Below, piece by piece: positions 47,557-56,642 of a DNA stretch of 64,000 nucleotides. The stretch lies in contig CAYSXP010000022.1 in the NCBI GenBank assembly GCA_964435015.1, positions 1,734-65,733 of the forward strand, in the 5' to 3' direction. This DNA is from an uncultured Rikenellaceae bacterium. Its GTDB lineage: Bacteria; Bacteroidota; Bacteroidia; Bacteroidales; VadinHA17. Each line of letters opens with the position of its first letter. The first letter of the stretch is position 1. The notes beneath the pieces are model-generated. The model was not told the origin of the DNA and did not search any database. It saw only the letters and a program-made list of their open reading frames with translations. The position numbers and the translations under genes were made by a program.

Positions 47557-48085
47557 GTGTAAGAAGCAGCGACATCAGCCGGGTATCGTCGGTTAATCCC
47601 GTAAGCTGGTTCATGGCTTCACGGGGAAGAATTTTCTCGCTGATCACCTGTACATTGTAAACGCCCGCTTCTGAAACATAAAATGATCCCATATAGGAAT
47701 CAGCCCTGAAATAGGGATATGATATGTCGTCTGAATTCCTTACCACCTTATCACAAACAGGATCAACCTCAAGGAAACTGTCAAGAAGAGTCACCTTGAC
47801 CGCATTCACATAGCTGAGATCGGTTGTATCCCTGGTGGCACTTGTGAGCCAGACCTTGAAACGCCCGGGTTTTGCAATAACAACTTTCCATTCGGCAGTG
47901 TTGCTTGCAGGATTCGATGCGTCATTATAGCAGGCTGCCCTGTCAATGTTGAGGACCAGTGAGCCATCTTCCTGCTGGCTGACGGCATTTCCATCATTGG
48001 CTGATTCATTTGACGCCGGGTTATTTCCACACGACCAAAGAAACATAAAAACAATAGCGACAGAAGCAATGATTCTGCTTTTCAT
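47543..48085 (-). CDS. hypothetical lipoprotein
   Basis: Start at the internal ATG 48085 gives MKSRIIASVAIVFMFLWSCGNN, a signal peptide plus lipobox. Mostly beta-rich sequence; no family recognised. The 3' end overlaps the purL 3' end by 14 nt, convergently. Confidence 0.55.
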   Translation of the reverse strand: MKSRIIASVAIVFMFLWSCGNNPASNESANDGNAVSQQEDGSLVLNIDRAACYNDASNPASNTAEWKVVIAKPGRFKVWLTSATRDTTDLSYVNAVKVTLLDSFLEVDPVCDKVVRNSDDISYPYFRADSYMGSFYVSEAGVYNVQVISEKILPREAMNQLTGLTDDTRLMSLLLTPMTR

Positions 48086-48253
48086 ATTTTCCCTTATTAC
48101 AATTTTAACTAATACTGTTTCGGTCAGATTCCAACGTGGCAAATTATATAAAAAAAGAAAACGAATAATATGAAATGCATTTAGTTTTGATTAAATGCCC
48201 GATTTTTTTTATCAACAGAGTTCAGTGATTTTTGTTCAAAAACCGTGCTAAAA

Positions 48254-50146
48254 TCAGGCAAGCTCGCCAATTTTAACATAGCCGGGTGCTGATTTTTTAT
48301 CAACAGTCTTGCTAACCAGCGCCATCTCAGCCAGTTCGGCAATGTCAACAACTTTGGTTGCAGTTGCGTTTGCCAGTGTTTTTTTGCATAAGGGACAGGA
48401 AGTGACAAGAAAATCAGGATCGCATGTCGTGAGTATTTTCGCAGCATCACCGGCAATCTTTCTCCTGTTATCCTGGCTGAGCATTATATTTCCGAGGCTT
48501 CCTCCGCAGCAAAGTGCATTCTCATCATCATAATGAGTTTTTTCGAGCCTGGCCAGATGCATCAGCACCTGCCTGGGCTCTTCATACACTCCCGAATTCC
48601 TGCCAAGGTCGCAGGGTGTATGGTATGTTACCCGGTTATGAAGGAAGTTCATTCTTACCAGGCCTTCGTCAATAATTTTACTGATGAACTGGGAATGATG
48701 CATTACTTCCACATCGAGGTAGTAGCTTTCCCTGAAAACCTTATAGCATATCGGGCACGATGTTACAAGAATGTCAGCTCCCGATTTCAGGATTATCTGT
48801 GAATTGTAATTAATAAGCTCCCTGGCCTCCCTGTCCTGGCCGGCAAGCATCAGGGGCCGGCCGCAGCAGGCTCCTGCATTTTCATCCATGAACGACCAGT
48901 TTAACCCGGTGGCATCAAGGATCTTCGTCATTGCTTTCTTTATTGAAGGGGCAAGATGGGTCATGCAGCCGGCAAAATACAATACTTCGGTTTTTTCCTG
49001 GCTGGCTGCCGGAAGGTAGTCAAATGAGGGCAAGGAGGCAGATCGGGGTTTTGAATTTTTCTTCCGGCCGGGGAAATAGGTTTTCAGAATGGTCCGCTTT
49101 TCCCATACCGGCTCCCCTGCCCTTCTCTGTATCATTCTGACCGGCGACAATTCGATGCCCACGGGGCATTTAACGTCGCAGCGCCCGCATAACAGGCAAT
49201 TGAAGGCCATGTAGCCTGTTTTATCATTGTTCCTGACGGCCTTCATCAGATATACTGACTGCATATCGTTTATTCCGGCAGAGAAGCTCATCTGGCAGGC
49301 ATCGATGCATATGCCGCAGGAGGAGCATGAATGCACCTCCACGTCAGAGTATGTTCCGGCCCTGTCGCCAGTTCTTATACCCGAATTTCTCATGAATATA
49401 AGGAAGAGCTCCGTGGGAATATGCATGTACCGTGTAAGCGGGAGCAGGATGAAGAATGTTCCGAGCGACAATGAATAGAGCCACCAGAAGGGATATGCCA
49501 GTTCACTGGCAGGAAGGAAGGATGCAAGCTGCGCCCCGAGGGTGCCTGTCAGGAAGCTTCCCGTTCCGTATGCACCGCTTGTAAGGCTTTCGGCAATAAG
49601 GCGGCTGGGAAAAATGAGCCACAACGAAACAAGCGCAATCCTGTCGGGCAGGCGGTGCCTTGTGGTTTTCTTCATTCCGACCGTACCCGGCCAGAGCCGC
49701 TTGAAAATGGCCAGGAGCAGGCCCGACAGTACAAAGGCGAGAATTAGGTCCATCAGGAATGCGTAGAACGATTCAAAGGGTGTTTTTCCGTGATCGGGAT
49801 TGAAGAACCTGAAAAAGATCGCCTTGTAGGGCGGGTTAAGATGCTTTTCACCGAAAATGTCGGCCTCAATGGTGCCGAAGAGGATAAGCAGGAACCAGCC
49901 GAAAGCAAGGCTCATGTGCATATATCCGAGCCTGAGATTCGTTTTAAGGATCTTTCTGTGAATGAGGCTTTCCATGAATATCTCCCTCAGGCTCTGTCCG
50001 AAGGCCCTTCCGAAGAATCCCCTCTGCAGCCTCAGCTTGTCGGGGCGTGACAGATCCCTGAACCAGATCACGCTTCGTGCAACAGCGTACAGAAGGATGA
50101 AGTACAATCCTATATTAAAGGGTATTATGAATGGTTCAAATTTCAT
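48254..50146 (-). CDS. membrane-anchored Fe-S oxidoreductase: NarI/HdrE/DsrM-like multi-TM domain fused to an HdrD/DsrK/GlpC-like module (2x[4Fe-4S] plus two CCG domains)
   Basis: Start taken at the ATG 50146 (MKFEPF...). The N-terminal roughly 270 aa are hydrophobic, with His in TM contexts (GYMHMSLAFGWF, LTRYMHIP). Then come CSSCGICIDAC and CLLCGRCDVKCP. Two complete CCG domains follow (FAGCM..CCGRP..SCPIC; HTPCD..CCGGS..SCPLC). Confidence 0.8.
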   Translation of the reverse strand: MKFEPFIIPFNIGLYFILLYAVARSVIWFRDLSRPDKLRLQRGFFGRAFGQSLREIFMESLIHRKILKTNLRLGYMHMSLAFGWFLLILFGTIEADIFGEKHLNPPYKAIFFRFFNPDHGKTPFESFYAFLMDLILAFVLSGLLLAIFKRLWPGTVGMKKTTRHRLPDRIALVSLWLIFPSRLIAESLTSGAYGTGSFLTGTLGAQLASFLPASELAYPFWWLYSLSLGTFFILLPLTRYMHIPTELFLIFMRNSGIRTGDRAGTYSDVEVHSCSSCGICIDACQMSFSAGINDMQSVYLMKAVRNNDKTGYMAFNCLLCGRCDVKCPVGIELSPVRMIQRRAGEPVWEKRTILKTYFPGRKKNSKPRSASLPSFDYLPAASQEKTEVLYFAGCMTHLAPSIKKAMTKILDATGLNWSFMDENAGACCGRPLMLAGQDREARELINYNSQIILKSGADILVTSCPICYKVFRESYYLDVEVMHHSQFISKIIDEGLVRMNFLHNRVTYHTPCDLGRNSGVYEEPRQVLMHLARLEKTHYDDENALCCGGSLGNIMLSQDNRRKIAGDAAKILTTCDPDFLVTSCPLCKKTLANATATKVVDIAELAEMALVSKTVDKKSAPGYVKIGELA

Positions 50147-50480
50147 TTCCTTCAATGATGCCGAAAGCCTTCCGTGCAAGGAACAGGACATTCCTGGTAT
50201 TGACCCCGCGCGGGCAGGCAAGAATGCATTTGCCGCAAAGCATGCATCTTTTCAGCCCTGCCCTTACCCTGTCATTCTCACCGCGTTTAATAAGTACATT
50301 GAATTCCCTGAGACTGAATTCGGTAAAACTGCCGGCCGTGCATGTGGCCGCACATGCACCGCATTCAATGCAAAGGCTGAAGCTCGGTTCATGTTCAAGT
50401 ATATATTCGGCGATCCTCCTGTCGTTTTTATCGTAATCGATAACCCTTGCCTTCGATAATGAAAAACCGAACTTATCCAT
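50136..50480 (-). CDS. small 2x[4Fe-4S] ferredoxin-like protein (HdrC-like fold)
   Basis: CIECGACAATC and CMLCGKCILACP motifs. Start at the ATG 50480 overlaps the upstream stop by 8 nt, and the 3' end overlaps the next gene by 11 nt. Confidence 0.7.
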   Translation of the reverse strand: MDKFGFSLSKARVIDYDKNDRRIAEYILEHEPSFSLCIECGACAATCTAGSFTEFSLREFNVLIKRGENDRVRAGLKRCMLCGKCILACPRGVNTRNVLFLARKAFGIIEGNEI

Positions 50481-51519
50481 TCCGTTTGCCGTTATCCCTG
50501 AGGTAATCAATTATTTCAGCAGCAGCCCCCCTTGCGTGCGAGATCGTTTCCGTCACATTCATGGGTGCTGTGCAGGTGCCTGCATAGAAAATTCCGCTGA
50601 TGTGGCTCCTGTTGTTTCCAAAATGGTTATCGGCAGGGGAAAAGAACCTGTTCTCCCCGGTTTTCAATCCTGAAGCCAGGGCCAGCTTCCTGCCTCCGTC
50701 CGACATCTCCATGCCGGCCATGAGCACCAGCATGTCGACTTCCATCTTCAGCGGTCTTCCGGCAAGCGTGTCTTCAGCCTTAACAATAAGCCTGTTTTCT
50801 ATATTGGCGCCCACCTCCGACACCTTTCCCCTGATGAAATTTATTCCGTATTTTTCCTGTGCCTCACGGTAGAGCTCTTCGTACATGGCCCCTCCCATCC
50901 TCATATCCATGTAGAAGCAGAACACCCTGGCATCCTTTATATGTTCCTTTATTTCCATCGCCTGCTTCACGGCTGTGACGCAGCACAGCTTTGAGCAATA
51001 CAGGTTCCCGACTTTTTCGTCGCGTGAGCCCACGCAATGGATCATTCCTACTGTTGAAGGGATCTGCCCGCCGGTCATCTTTATCTCCCCGTTCCTGAAC
51101 ATGACTTCAAGCTCCGCGGAGGTTATCACATTGTCGTAGATCCCGTATCCATACTCCTCTTTTCTTTCGCTGCGGAACATGTCGAATCCGGTGGCAATCA
51201 GAACAGCATCAGCGGTGACTGACTCCCTCCTGCTGGTTGTCACGATGAAAGATGAACCTTTCCTGTCTACCCTTGCAACGGTTTCTCCGGGAATGAAATC
51301 GATGTTCCCATTATTGATGATGCGGCTGAGATAACTGATTACTTCCCTGCTGTCGCGGCGGTCAGGGAACAGGTGGTACCATTCTTTCAGATGGCCGCCG
51401 GGATCGTCTTCCTTCTCAATAAGCGTAACCCGGATCCCCGATCTTGCAAGCATTCCCGCCGCCTCCATCCCTGCCGCCCCGCCGCCTGCAACAACAACAT
51501 GCGCACTCATCTCAGGCAT
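50473..51519 (-). CDS. hdrA: short HdrA-like FAD-dependent oxidoreductase
   Basis: About 348 aa. The dinucleotide motif is VVVAGGGAAGMEAAGMLA. The HdrA-type Cys motif is CVGSRDEKVGNLYCSKLCC. It is far shorter than methanogen-type HdrA. Start at ATG 51519, or alternatively 51510. Confidence 0.8.
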   Translation of the reverse strand: MPEMSAHVVVAGGGAAGMEAAGMLARSGIRVTLIEKEDDPGGHLKEWYHLFPDRRDSREVISYLSRIINNGNIDFIPGETVARVDRKGSSFIVTTSRRESVTADAVLIATGFDMFRSERKEEYGYGIYDNVITSAELEVMFRNGEIKMTGGQIPSTVGMIHCVGSRDEKVGNLYCSKLCCVTAVKQAMEIKEHIKDARVFCFYMDMRMGGAMYEELYREAQEKYGINFIRGKVSEVGANIENRLIVKAEDTLAGRPLKMEVDMLVLMAGMEMSDGGRKLALASGLKTGENRFFSPADNHFGNNRSHISGIFYAGTCTAPMNVTETISHARGAAAEIIDYLRDNGKRNG

Positions 51520-52573
51520 TGATAAGGTTTTCGGGAACGGGCATCTGTTTTCCGTCCCTGGTGGCAAATTTGTCGCGGATATCGTACTCTATTCCCATCT
51601 TCCTCAGCAGGGGTTCCGACTGCACCATGTGATACTGAAGGCCCAGGTCCCAGGGGTTGTACCCCAGCACGAGCCCGGCAAGCTCTTCGTAAGTAAGGAC
51701 GGGGATCGATTCACCGTTGACGCCGAAAGTGGTGCCTTCCATCTCCTTAATGGTGTATTGCCACTTGTCCATGAACATGGTGCATCCCGGACAGTTCGTC
51801 AGTACCAGGTCGGGTTTGAAGGGCTTCATCGATGAGAATTTTTTCGCAGTGTTGGAAAGAGAATAACCCCGGTTGGCCTGCACAAGGTATTGCCTGAACC
51901 CGAATCCGCAGCAATGGCGCCGTTCCGGATAGTCAACAACCTCTCCGCCCCATGATTCAATCATGCCGCTGAGAACTTTCGGGAACTCAGCGCCTCCCAC
52001 CCCGTATTTGGGGAATATCTTTGCATAATGGCAGCCGATATGTTCAACGACCTTCAGGGGTTCGCCCGTCTGCCTGTTCACAAGCAGGTTTTTTGCGTTT
52101 GCCGCGATCTCATTCCTGAACCTGTAAATGATGTCGCTCGTATGGGCTATGTTCTCAGGCAGGTCAAACTCCCTGCCCGTGGCTTTGTACAGGTATTCCC
52201 TGGTCTTTTCAAGCTGTTCGGGAAAATGTTTCCAGGTTTCCAGTATCTCGGCATAGATACCGAAGGATGTCACGCATGATATGGCAATATTTTTGTATCC
52301 TGCCTCCTTCATGAGTGCATAGTGCCGCGCTATGACGGTCATTATCGTCTGAAAAGGCACTATGTCGGCATGATATCCGATTCCGGTGCATGTAGTGTGG
52401 GATGGATTTTCAAAAACATCCTTTCCGAGCTTGTCGCGAAGGAAGTCGAGAAAAAATTTCTCCGATCCCGGGAAAAAACTCTGCCTTATGCATGACCTGA
52501 CATAAAAAAAGTGGTCATCCGCTATTTCTTTCTGGTAGTCCGACCAGATCCTGTCATTGCCCTCGCTCTCCAT
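51512..52573 (-). CDS. hdrB: HdrB-like protein with CCG domains
   Basis: 353 aa. The C-terminal CCG domain is complete (GCHY...HCCGFG...NCPGC). The N-terminal copy is degenerate (SCIRQ...TTCTGIG...SCVTS). Confidence 0.8.
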   Translation of the reverse strand: MESEGNDRIWSDYQKEIADDHFFYVRSCIRQSFFPGSEKFFLDFLRDKLGKDVFENPSHTTCTGIGYHADIVPFQTIMTVIARHYALMKEAGYKNIAISCVTSFGIYAEILETWKHFPEQLEKTREYLYKATGREFDLPENIAHTSDIIYRFRNEIAANAKNLLVNRQTGEPLKVVEHIGCHYAKIFPKYGVGGAEFPKVLSGMIESWGGEVVDYPERRHCCGFGFRQYLVQANRGYSLSNTAKKFSSMKPFKPDLVLTNCPGCTMFMDKWQYTIKEMEGTTFGVNGESIPVLTYEELAGLVLGYNPWDLGLQYHMVQSEPLLRKMGIEYDIRDKFATRDGKQMPVPENLINA

Positions 52574-52584
52574 GAGTGAAAGAT

Positions 52585-53361
52585 TTATGTGGTTGTGTGG
52601 TTTTTATTGCGGGCCGTATAAACCTCGATGAAATACTCATTATCAATGCCTTCATCATCGAACTGCAATCCCATCTCGGCGGCTTTTTTCCTTGAATGTT
52701 CCTCGATGGTGCTGAATAATTCGGTACCTCCGGTAACTTCAAAGATCTTCCTGAGCTCCTCCTTTGCATCGTCCGGAATTTTTCTCAGGGGTCCGGCTCC
52801 CAGCTCATTGATCTGTCCGCCAAGCCGTTCATAGATGTCGTGGGTGTTTTCAAGGATGTACTTCCATATCGGACCCTGCTCGGCATGCATTTCAGGGCTG
52901 ACAGCGTAGGTTGCCACACAGTATCCGTATTTGAAAATATTCTCGCCGACACTTCTCTTGATTGCGAACTGCTGGCGCCCTTTTTCCGACTCGGTGAAGA
53001 AGCCGAGCTGTTGCGACAGGGTACGGAGCGACATCACCACCAGGGCAGGCGTGTTGCCTCTCGGGCAGCGTGTCTTGCACGACATGCATTCACCGCAGTA
53101 CCATATGGTCTCGGATCTGAGAAGATCCTCAATTTCACGATTGTCGCCCGACTGAACAGTATCGACAATCTGCCTGGGATCGTAGTCGTAGAACTCGGCG
53201 GCAGGGCATATAGCAGTGCAGACACCGCAGTTCATGCAGGCATTCAGGCCTTCAATAAACCTGATGTCCTGCCTGAGAAGATCATAATAGTTTTTCATCC
53301 CCGTGACGATGAAAGATTTAACCTCTGTTAATTTATTAACAAATGTATCTTTTAATAACAT
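52585..53361 (-). CDS. hdrC: HdrC-like 2x[4Fe-4S] protein
   Basis: 258 aa. CMNCGVCTAICP and CGECMSCKTRCP motifs with an HdrC-like extended C-terminus. The alternative start MKNYYDLL is at 53298. Confidence 0.8.
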   Translation of the reverse strand: MLLKDTFVNKLTEVKSFIVTGMKNYYDLLRQDIRFIEGLNACMNCGVCTAICPAAEFYDYDPRQIVDTVQSGDNREIEDLLRSETIWYCGECMSCKTRCPRGNTPALVVMSLRTLSQQLGFFTESEKGRQQFAIKRSVGENIFKYGYCVATYAVSPEMHAEQGPIWKYILENTHDIYERLGGQINELGAGPLRKIPDDAKEELRKIFEVTGGTELFSTIEEHSRKKAAEMGLQFDDEGIDNEYFIEVYTARNKNHTTT

Positions 53362-53492
53362 TCATGTAATAGGCTTAAAGCCTGTTTTTGAATGGGTATA
53401 AATGCTTACGGAAAACGGATGCCATACCTGTCCTTCCCGCGGCCATTCATTAACCCTGACAGGCGACAAAGGAAAAACCTAAAAAGGTAATA

Positions 53493-54374
53493 TTAAATGC
53501 CGGTCCGCCGCTTCCCGGCCGTTCCATCCAACATAGCCGCGACACTGCCGTAGCGCCAGGTTCTGAGAAAGAACCTGAGAAGCAGAACAAGCTGAGAGGT
53601 CAGCAGTACAAGTGAGACACCGTTTCCTGACACCGGCCGCCAGGCCGGCATCACGCAAAATGCAAGGGCAGCCGGCACAAGCTGGAACAACAGGAGGATG
53701 AGCATCATCGGATATGCTGAACGAAATTGTGAAACTGCCTGGCTGAGTCCAAACCCGATGGCGCCAATGGCTGTCATTTCCCGGCTGGCGGTTTTTCCGG
53801 CTCTGGCAAAATCGGCAGCAATGATGAAAACAGGTACAAGCAGCAGGATCACGGCCAGTGATATTATCCTGATCATGAATGAGCTTCTTTCCGGCATGGT
53901 TTCCGAACCCGCAATAATTCCGGCTCCTGTTCCAGCAACGACAACCGAAATAATAATCAGGACAAACGGAATTGCCAGGGTCACAAGCAGGAACGGCCAG
54001 AAATTTCCGGCCCCGGCCGCGAAGAAACCCGCTGCCGAAAATTTCGCTTTCTCATTTCTGAGAGCATCGAATAATCCGGCAGTAATAAATGCATTAAGCG
54101 TCACCGAGACGGACAGTACAAGCACGAAGCCCGAAGCCATGGACGACAGAAGGGGTTTCAGAACAGGTCCCAGGTCAAGGAAAGCGTCAAGGTCAAATCC
54201 GCCGGCGAATTTTCCGGCTAACATGCTGTTCTCAAATCCTGTCCTGAATACGCTTCTGAGAGGTATCATAAACAGGGTTGCAGGAACGAAAGAAACAAGC
54301 CACATTATCAAAACCCCTTTCCAGGCCTTCAGGGCTCTCTTAAAACCGGAAATCAGCGACCTTCGTATTTTCAT
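53493..54374 (-). CDS. hypothetical polytopic membrane protein
   Basis: 293 aa with about 6 hydrophobic segments. No family recognised. Same strand as the hdr-like operon, 131 nt upstream of it. Confidence 0.55.
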   Translation of the reverse strand: MKIRRSLISGFKRALKAWKGVLIMWLVSFVPATLFMIPLRSVFRTGFENSMLAGKFAGGFDLDAFLDLGPVLKPLLSSMASGFVLVLSVSVTLNAFITAGLFDALRNEKAKFSAAGFFAAGAGNFWPFLLVTLAIPFVLIIISVVVAGTGAGIIAGSETMPERSSFMIRIISLAVILLLVPVFIIAADFARAGKTASREMTAIGAIGFGLSQAVSQFRSAYPMMLILLLFQLVPAALAFCVMPAWRPVSGNGVSLVLLTSQLVLLLRFFLRTWRYGSVAAMLDGTAGKRRTGI

Positions 54375-54537
54375 TTTCAGTTAATCATGCATTTTTGACA
54401 TGTTAAATATCCTTTTCTCATAAACACCCGGCCCGGAAACCAGGGATCATTCAGCACATGTTCCTTTTCCTGCGGCTGCCCTGCGGGTCTGCGTGCCTTC
54501 ACTGCGGCTGTCTGCATAAGTTACTCAACACAAACGC

Positions 54538-56505
54538 CTACAGGAGCAAAAAGCTGAAAAAGAACTGGATAAACGCCATGAACCCTCCTGTCAGGCGCCG
54601 CAGAGGGGCGCGATCGGGTTTTGTTGTCATGGAATTATTTATATAATTGACATCCATGGTGATCCTGAACTCAGGATCAATCTTCACCCATTCTATTTTC
54701 CTGTATCCGGTATAGCTGTAATCCCTGTACCTGTCTTTGCCGTCCCATTTTTCCATTATCTCATCCCCGTTGTCAAAATGGATGAGCACGTCGACGGGAA
54801 GCATTACCTCCCCAAGCCGCTCAAGGCTTGCCACCGAAGTATGGAGGGAATCAGTTCCGGGCCGGATGGAGGGAACGGTATCTTCACTTACTGTCATCCC
54901 TGCGGGTTTCCGGTATTTCCGGCTGCGTATTCCCGAAACCCTGTAGTCACATATTCCGGTGCCGTAAAGGGTCTGATCAAAAAACCAGTTCATGTCAGTA
55001 CCGAACTGGTCGCCATGATTCTGTTTTACCACATCATTCACAACATCAATAAAGTCTTTTCCCGAAGGGTGAAGGAAGGCCCATCTCCTGTAATATTCCC
55101 TGAAAACATCATTCATTGTTTCCTCACCAACCAGCCCCATGAGCGTAAACAGCCATGATGCGGCCTTCTGATACGACATCATGCCGTATGTTCCATGTGG
55201 ATAGCTCCATGAATTCATCACGTTGCTTGTAACCTGCCTCGATGCCGACCGGGCGTAGAGCTGACGCATATAGGTCCGGTCGGCAATTTTGAGAAAAGGA
55301 AGATCGGCAAACCCCGATCCTGTTCCGTAATAATGATCGATGATCCGTCCCTCCCAGAAGGAATTGACGCCCTCGTCGAGCCAGGGCTCCTCGAACTCAT
55401 TGCTGGCCAGGATGCCCATGAAATACGCGTGTCCGAACTCATGAACGGTAACAACTTCCGGCAATCTCACGCATTGCGGCATAGAAAACGCCGACGCGGT
55501 GGTGAACAGGGTGGTGTATTCCATACCTCCTGCTCCGGATCCTTTGGCCGGCGGATCAACAATTGTCAGATGCGGCCAGGGATAGGGACCCACATTTTCC
55601 GTAAGGTACTCAAGTGCGTTTTTCACTGCGGCGAACTGTCTTTTTGCCTGCCATACCCGGTCCTTTGGCAGCAGCAGCGTAATGTTCACATGATTCCATG
55701 AATCGTTGCATACTGCATATCCGGGCCATGCCGTCCAGGCAAAATCAACAATATCCTCCGCCCGGTATTTGAGGTGCCTGCGTTCTCCCGATATTGTTTC
55801 CGACATGAGCATACCTCCCGAACCTGCAACAAATGCCGCAGGAACGGTTATATCCACATCGTATACACTGTGGTTGGAATAGAACTCCGAGTCGGCATGA
55901 AACTGGTGGCAATTCCATCCCCCTTTAACTGCATACCGCATTCCCGGAGTCTCATATACCCCGAATTTCGGGAACCACTGTGCAACAAAAAAGAAATCAT
56001 CCCTGAATCCGGTTCTTGTAATTACAGATGGCAGCTTTGTTGTGAATGCGGCTCTGACGAAGGCAGTATCGCCCGGCCTTACCGGTTTGGGGAGCGGCAC
56101 CCTCATAACTGTCCTGTCTTCCGGATTGCCGTCGTCGGGACTGATATATTCCATTAAGGATAGCAGGTCATTGCCAACCCTGTCGGTCAGCGAACCGATC
56201 TCAATCCATCCGGGGTCCGTATCCCTGCTGCCGGGCGATCCTCCCGCCTCACGGTAGAAGGTTGTCCTGTTGCTTCTGAATGCGTTCATGTACAGATGCA
56301 TCTGAATATCGGGGACAGGATCCGCGGACTTGTTTACCCAGAAAGCTTCCATGGTACAGCTGACGGTCTTTGCATCAGTATCAAGCATCGCCCTGATGGA
56401 GTAACCTGTTACCCGGCCGCTCAGCGGAGTTTTATTTATAACCTGACCCTGAAGAAGGGGTGCAACCGAAATCAACCCTGCCAGTAAACCTGATTTAAAA
56501 TTCAT
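54538..56505 (-). CDS. M1-family zinc metallopeptidase, secreted
   Basis: HEFGHAYF followed 18 residues later by a Glu (WLDEG), the gluzincin motif. Start at the ATG 56505 gives the signal peptide MNFKSGLLAGLISVAPLLQGQ. Confidence 0.85.
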   Translation of the reverse strand: MNFKSGLLAGLISVAPLLQGQVINKTPLSGRVTGYSIRAMLDTDAKTVSCTMEAFWVNKSADPVPDIQMHLYMNAFRSNRTTFYREAGGSPGSRDTDPGWIEIGSLTDRVGNDLLSLMEYISPDDGNPEDRTVMRVPLPKPVRPGDTAFVRAAFTTKLPSVITRTGFRDDFFFVAQWFPKFGVYETPGMRYAVKGGWNCHQFHADSEFYSNHSVYDVDITVPAAFVAGSGGMLMSETISGERRHLKYRAEDIVDFAWTAWPGYAVCNDSWNHVNITLLLPKDRVWQAKRQFAAVKNALEYLTENVGPYPWPHLTIVDPPAKGSGAGGMEYTTLFTTASAFSMPQCVRLPEVVTVHEFGHAYFMGILASNEFEEPWLDEGVNSFWEGRIIDHYYGTGSGFADLPFLKIADRTYMRQLYARSASRQVTSNVMNSWSYPHGTYGMMSYQKAASWLFTLMGLVGEETMNDVFREYYRRWAFLHPSGKDFIDVVNDVVKQNHGDQFGTDMNWFFDQTLYGTGICDYRVSGIRSRKYRKPAGMTVSEDTVPSIRPGTDSLHTSVASLERLGEVMLPVDVLIHFDNGDEIMEKWDGKDRYRDYSYTGYRKIEWVKIDPEFRITMDVNYINNSMTTKPDRAPLRRLTGGFMAFIQFFFSFLLL

Positions 56506-56642
56506 AGGGTTCACATACTTCTTAAAAACATAAAACTGCATATCTCCTCCCGCAAAGCAATAACCTCCGGGATCAGCGGGAGGAGATGTGCCTCCCGCCG
56601 GTCGCGCCGGCTGATGCAGTAAACCGGGATGCTGCGGTCAGA

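Noticed and set aside
48177-48198. AT-rich hairpin GCATTTA-N8-TAAATGC flanked by A/T runs, downstream of the hdr-like operon
   Set aside because: It could be a weak bidirectional terminator. With only a 7-bp AT-rich stem it is too marginal to list as a feature.
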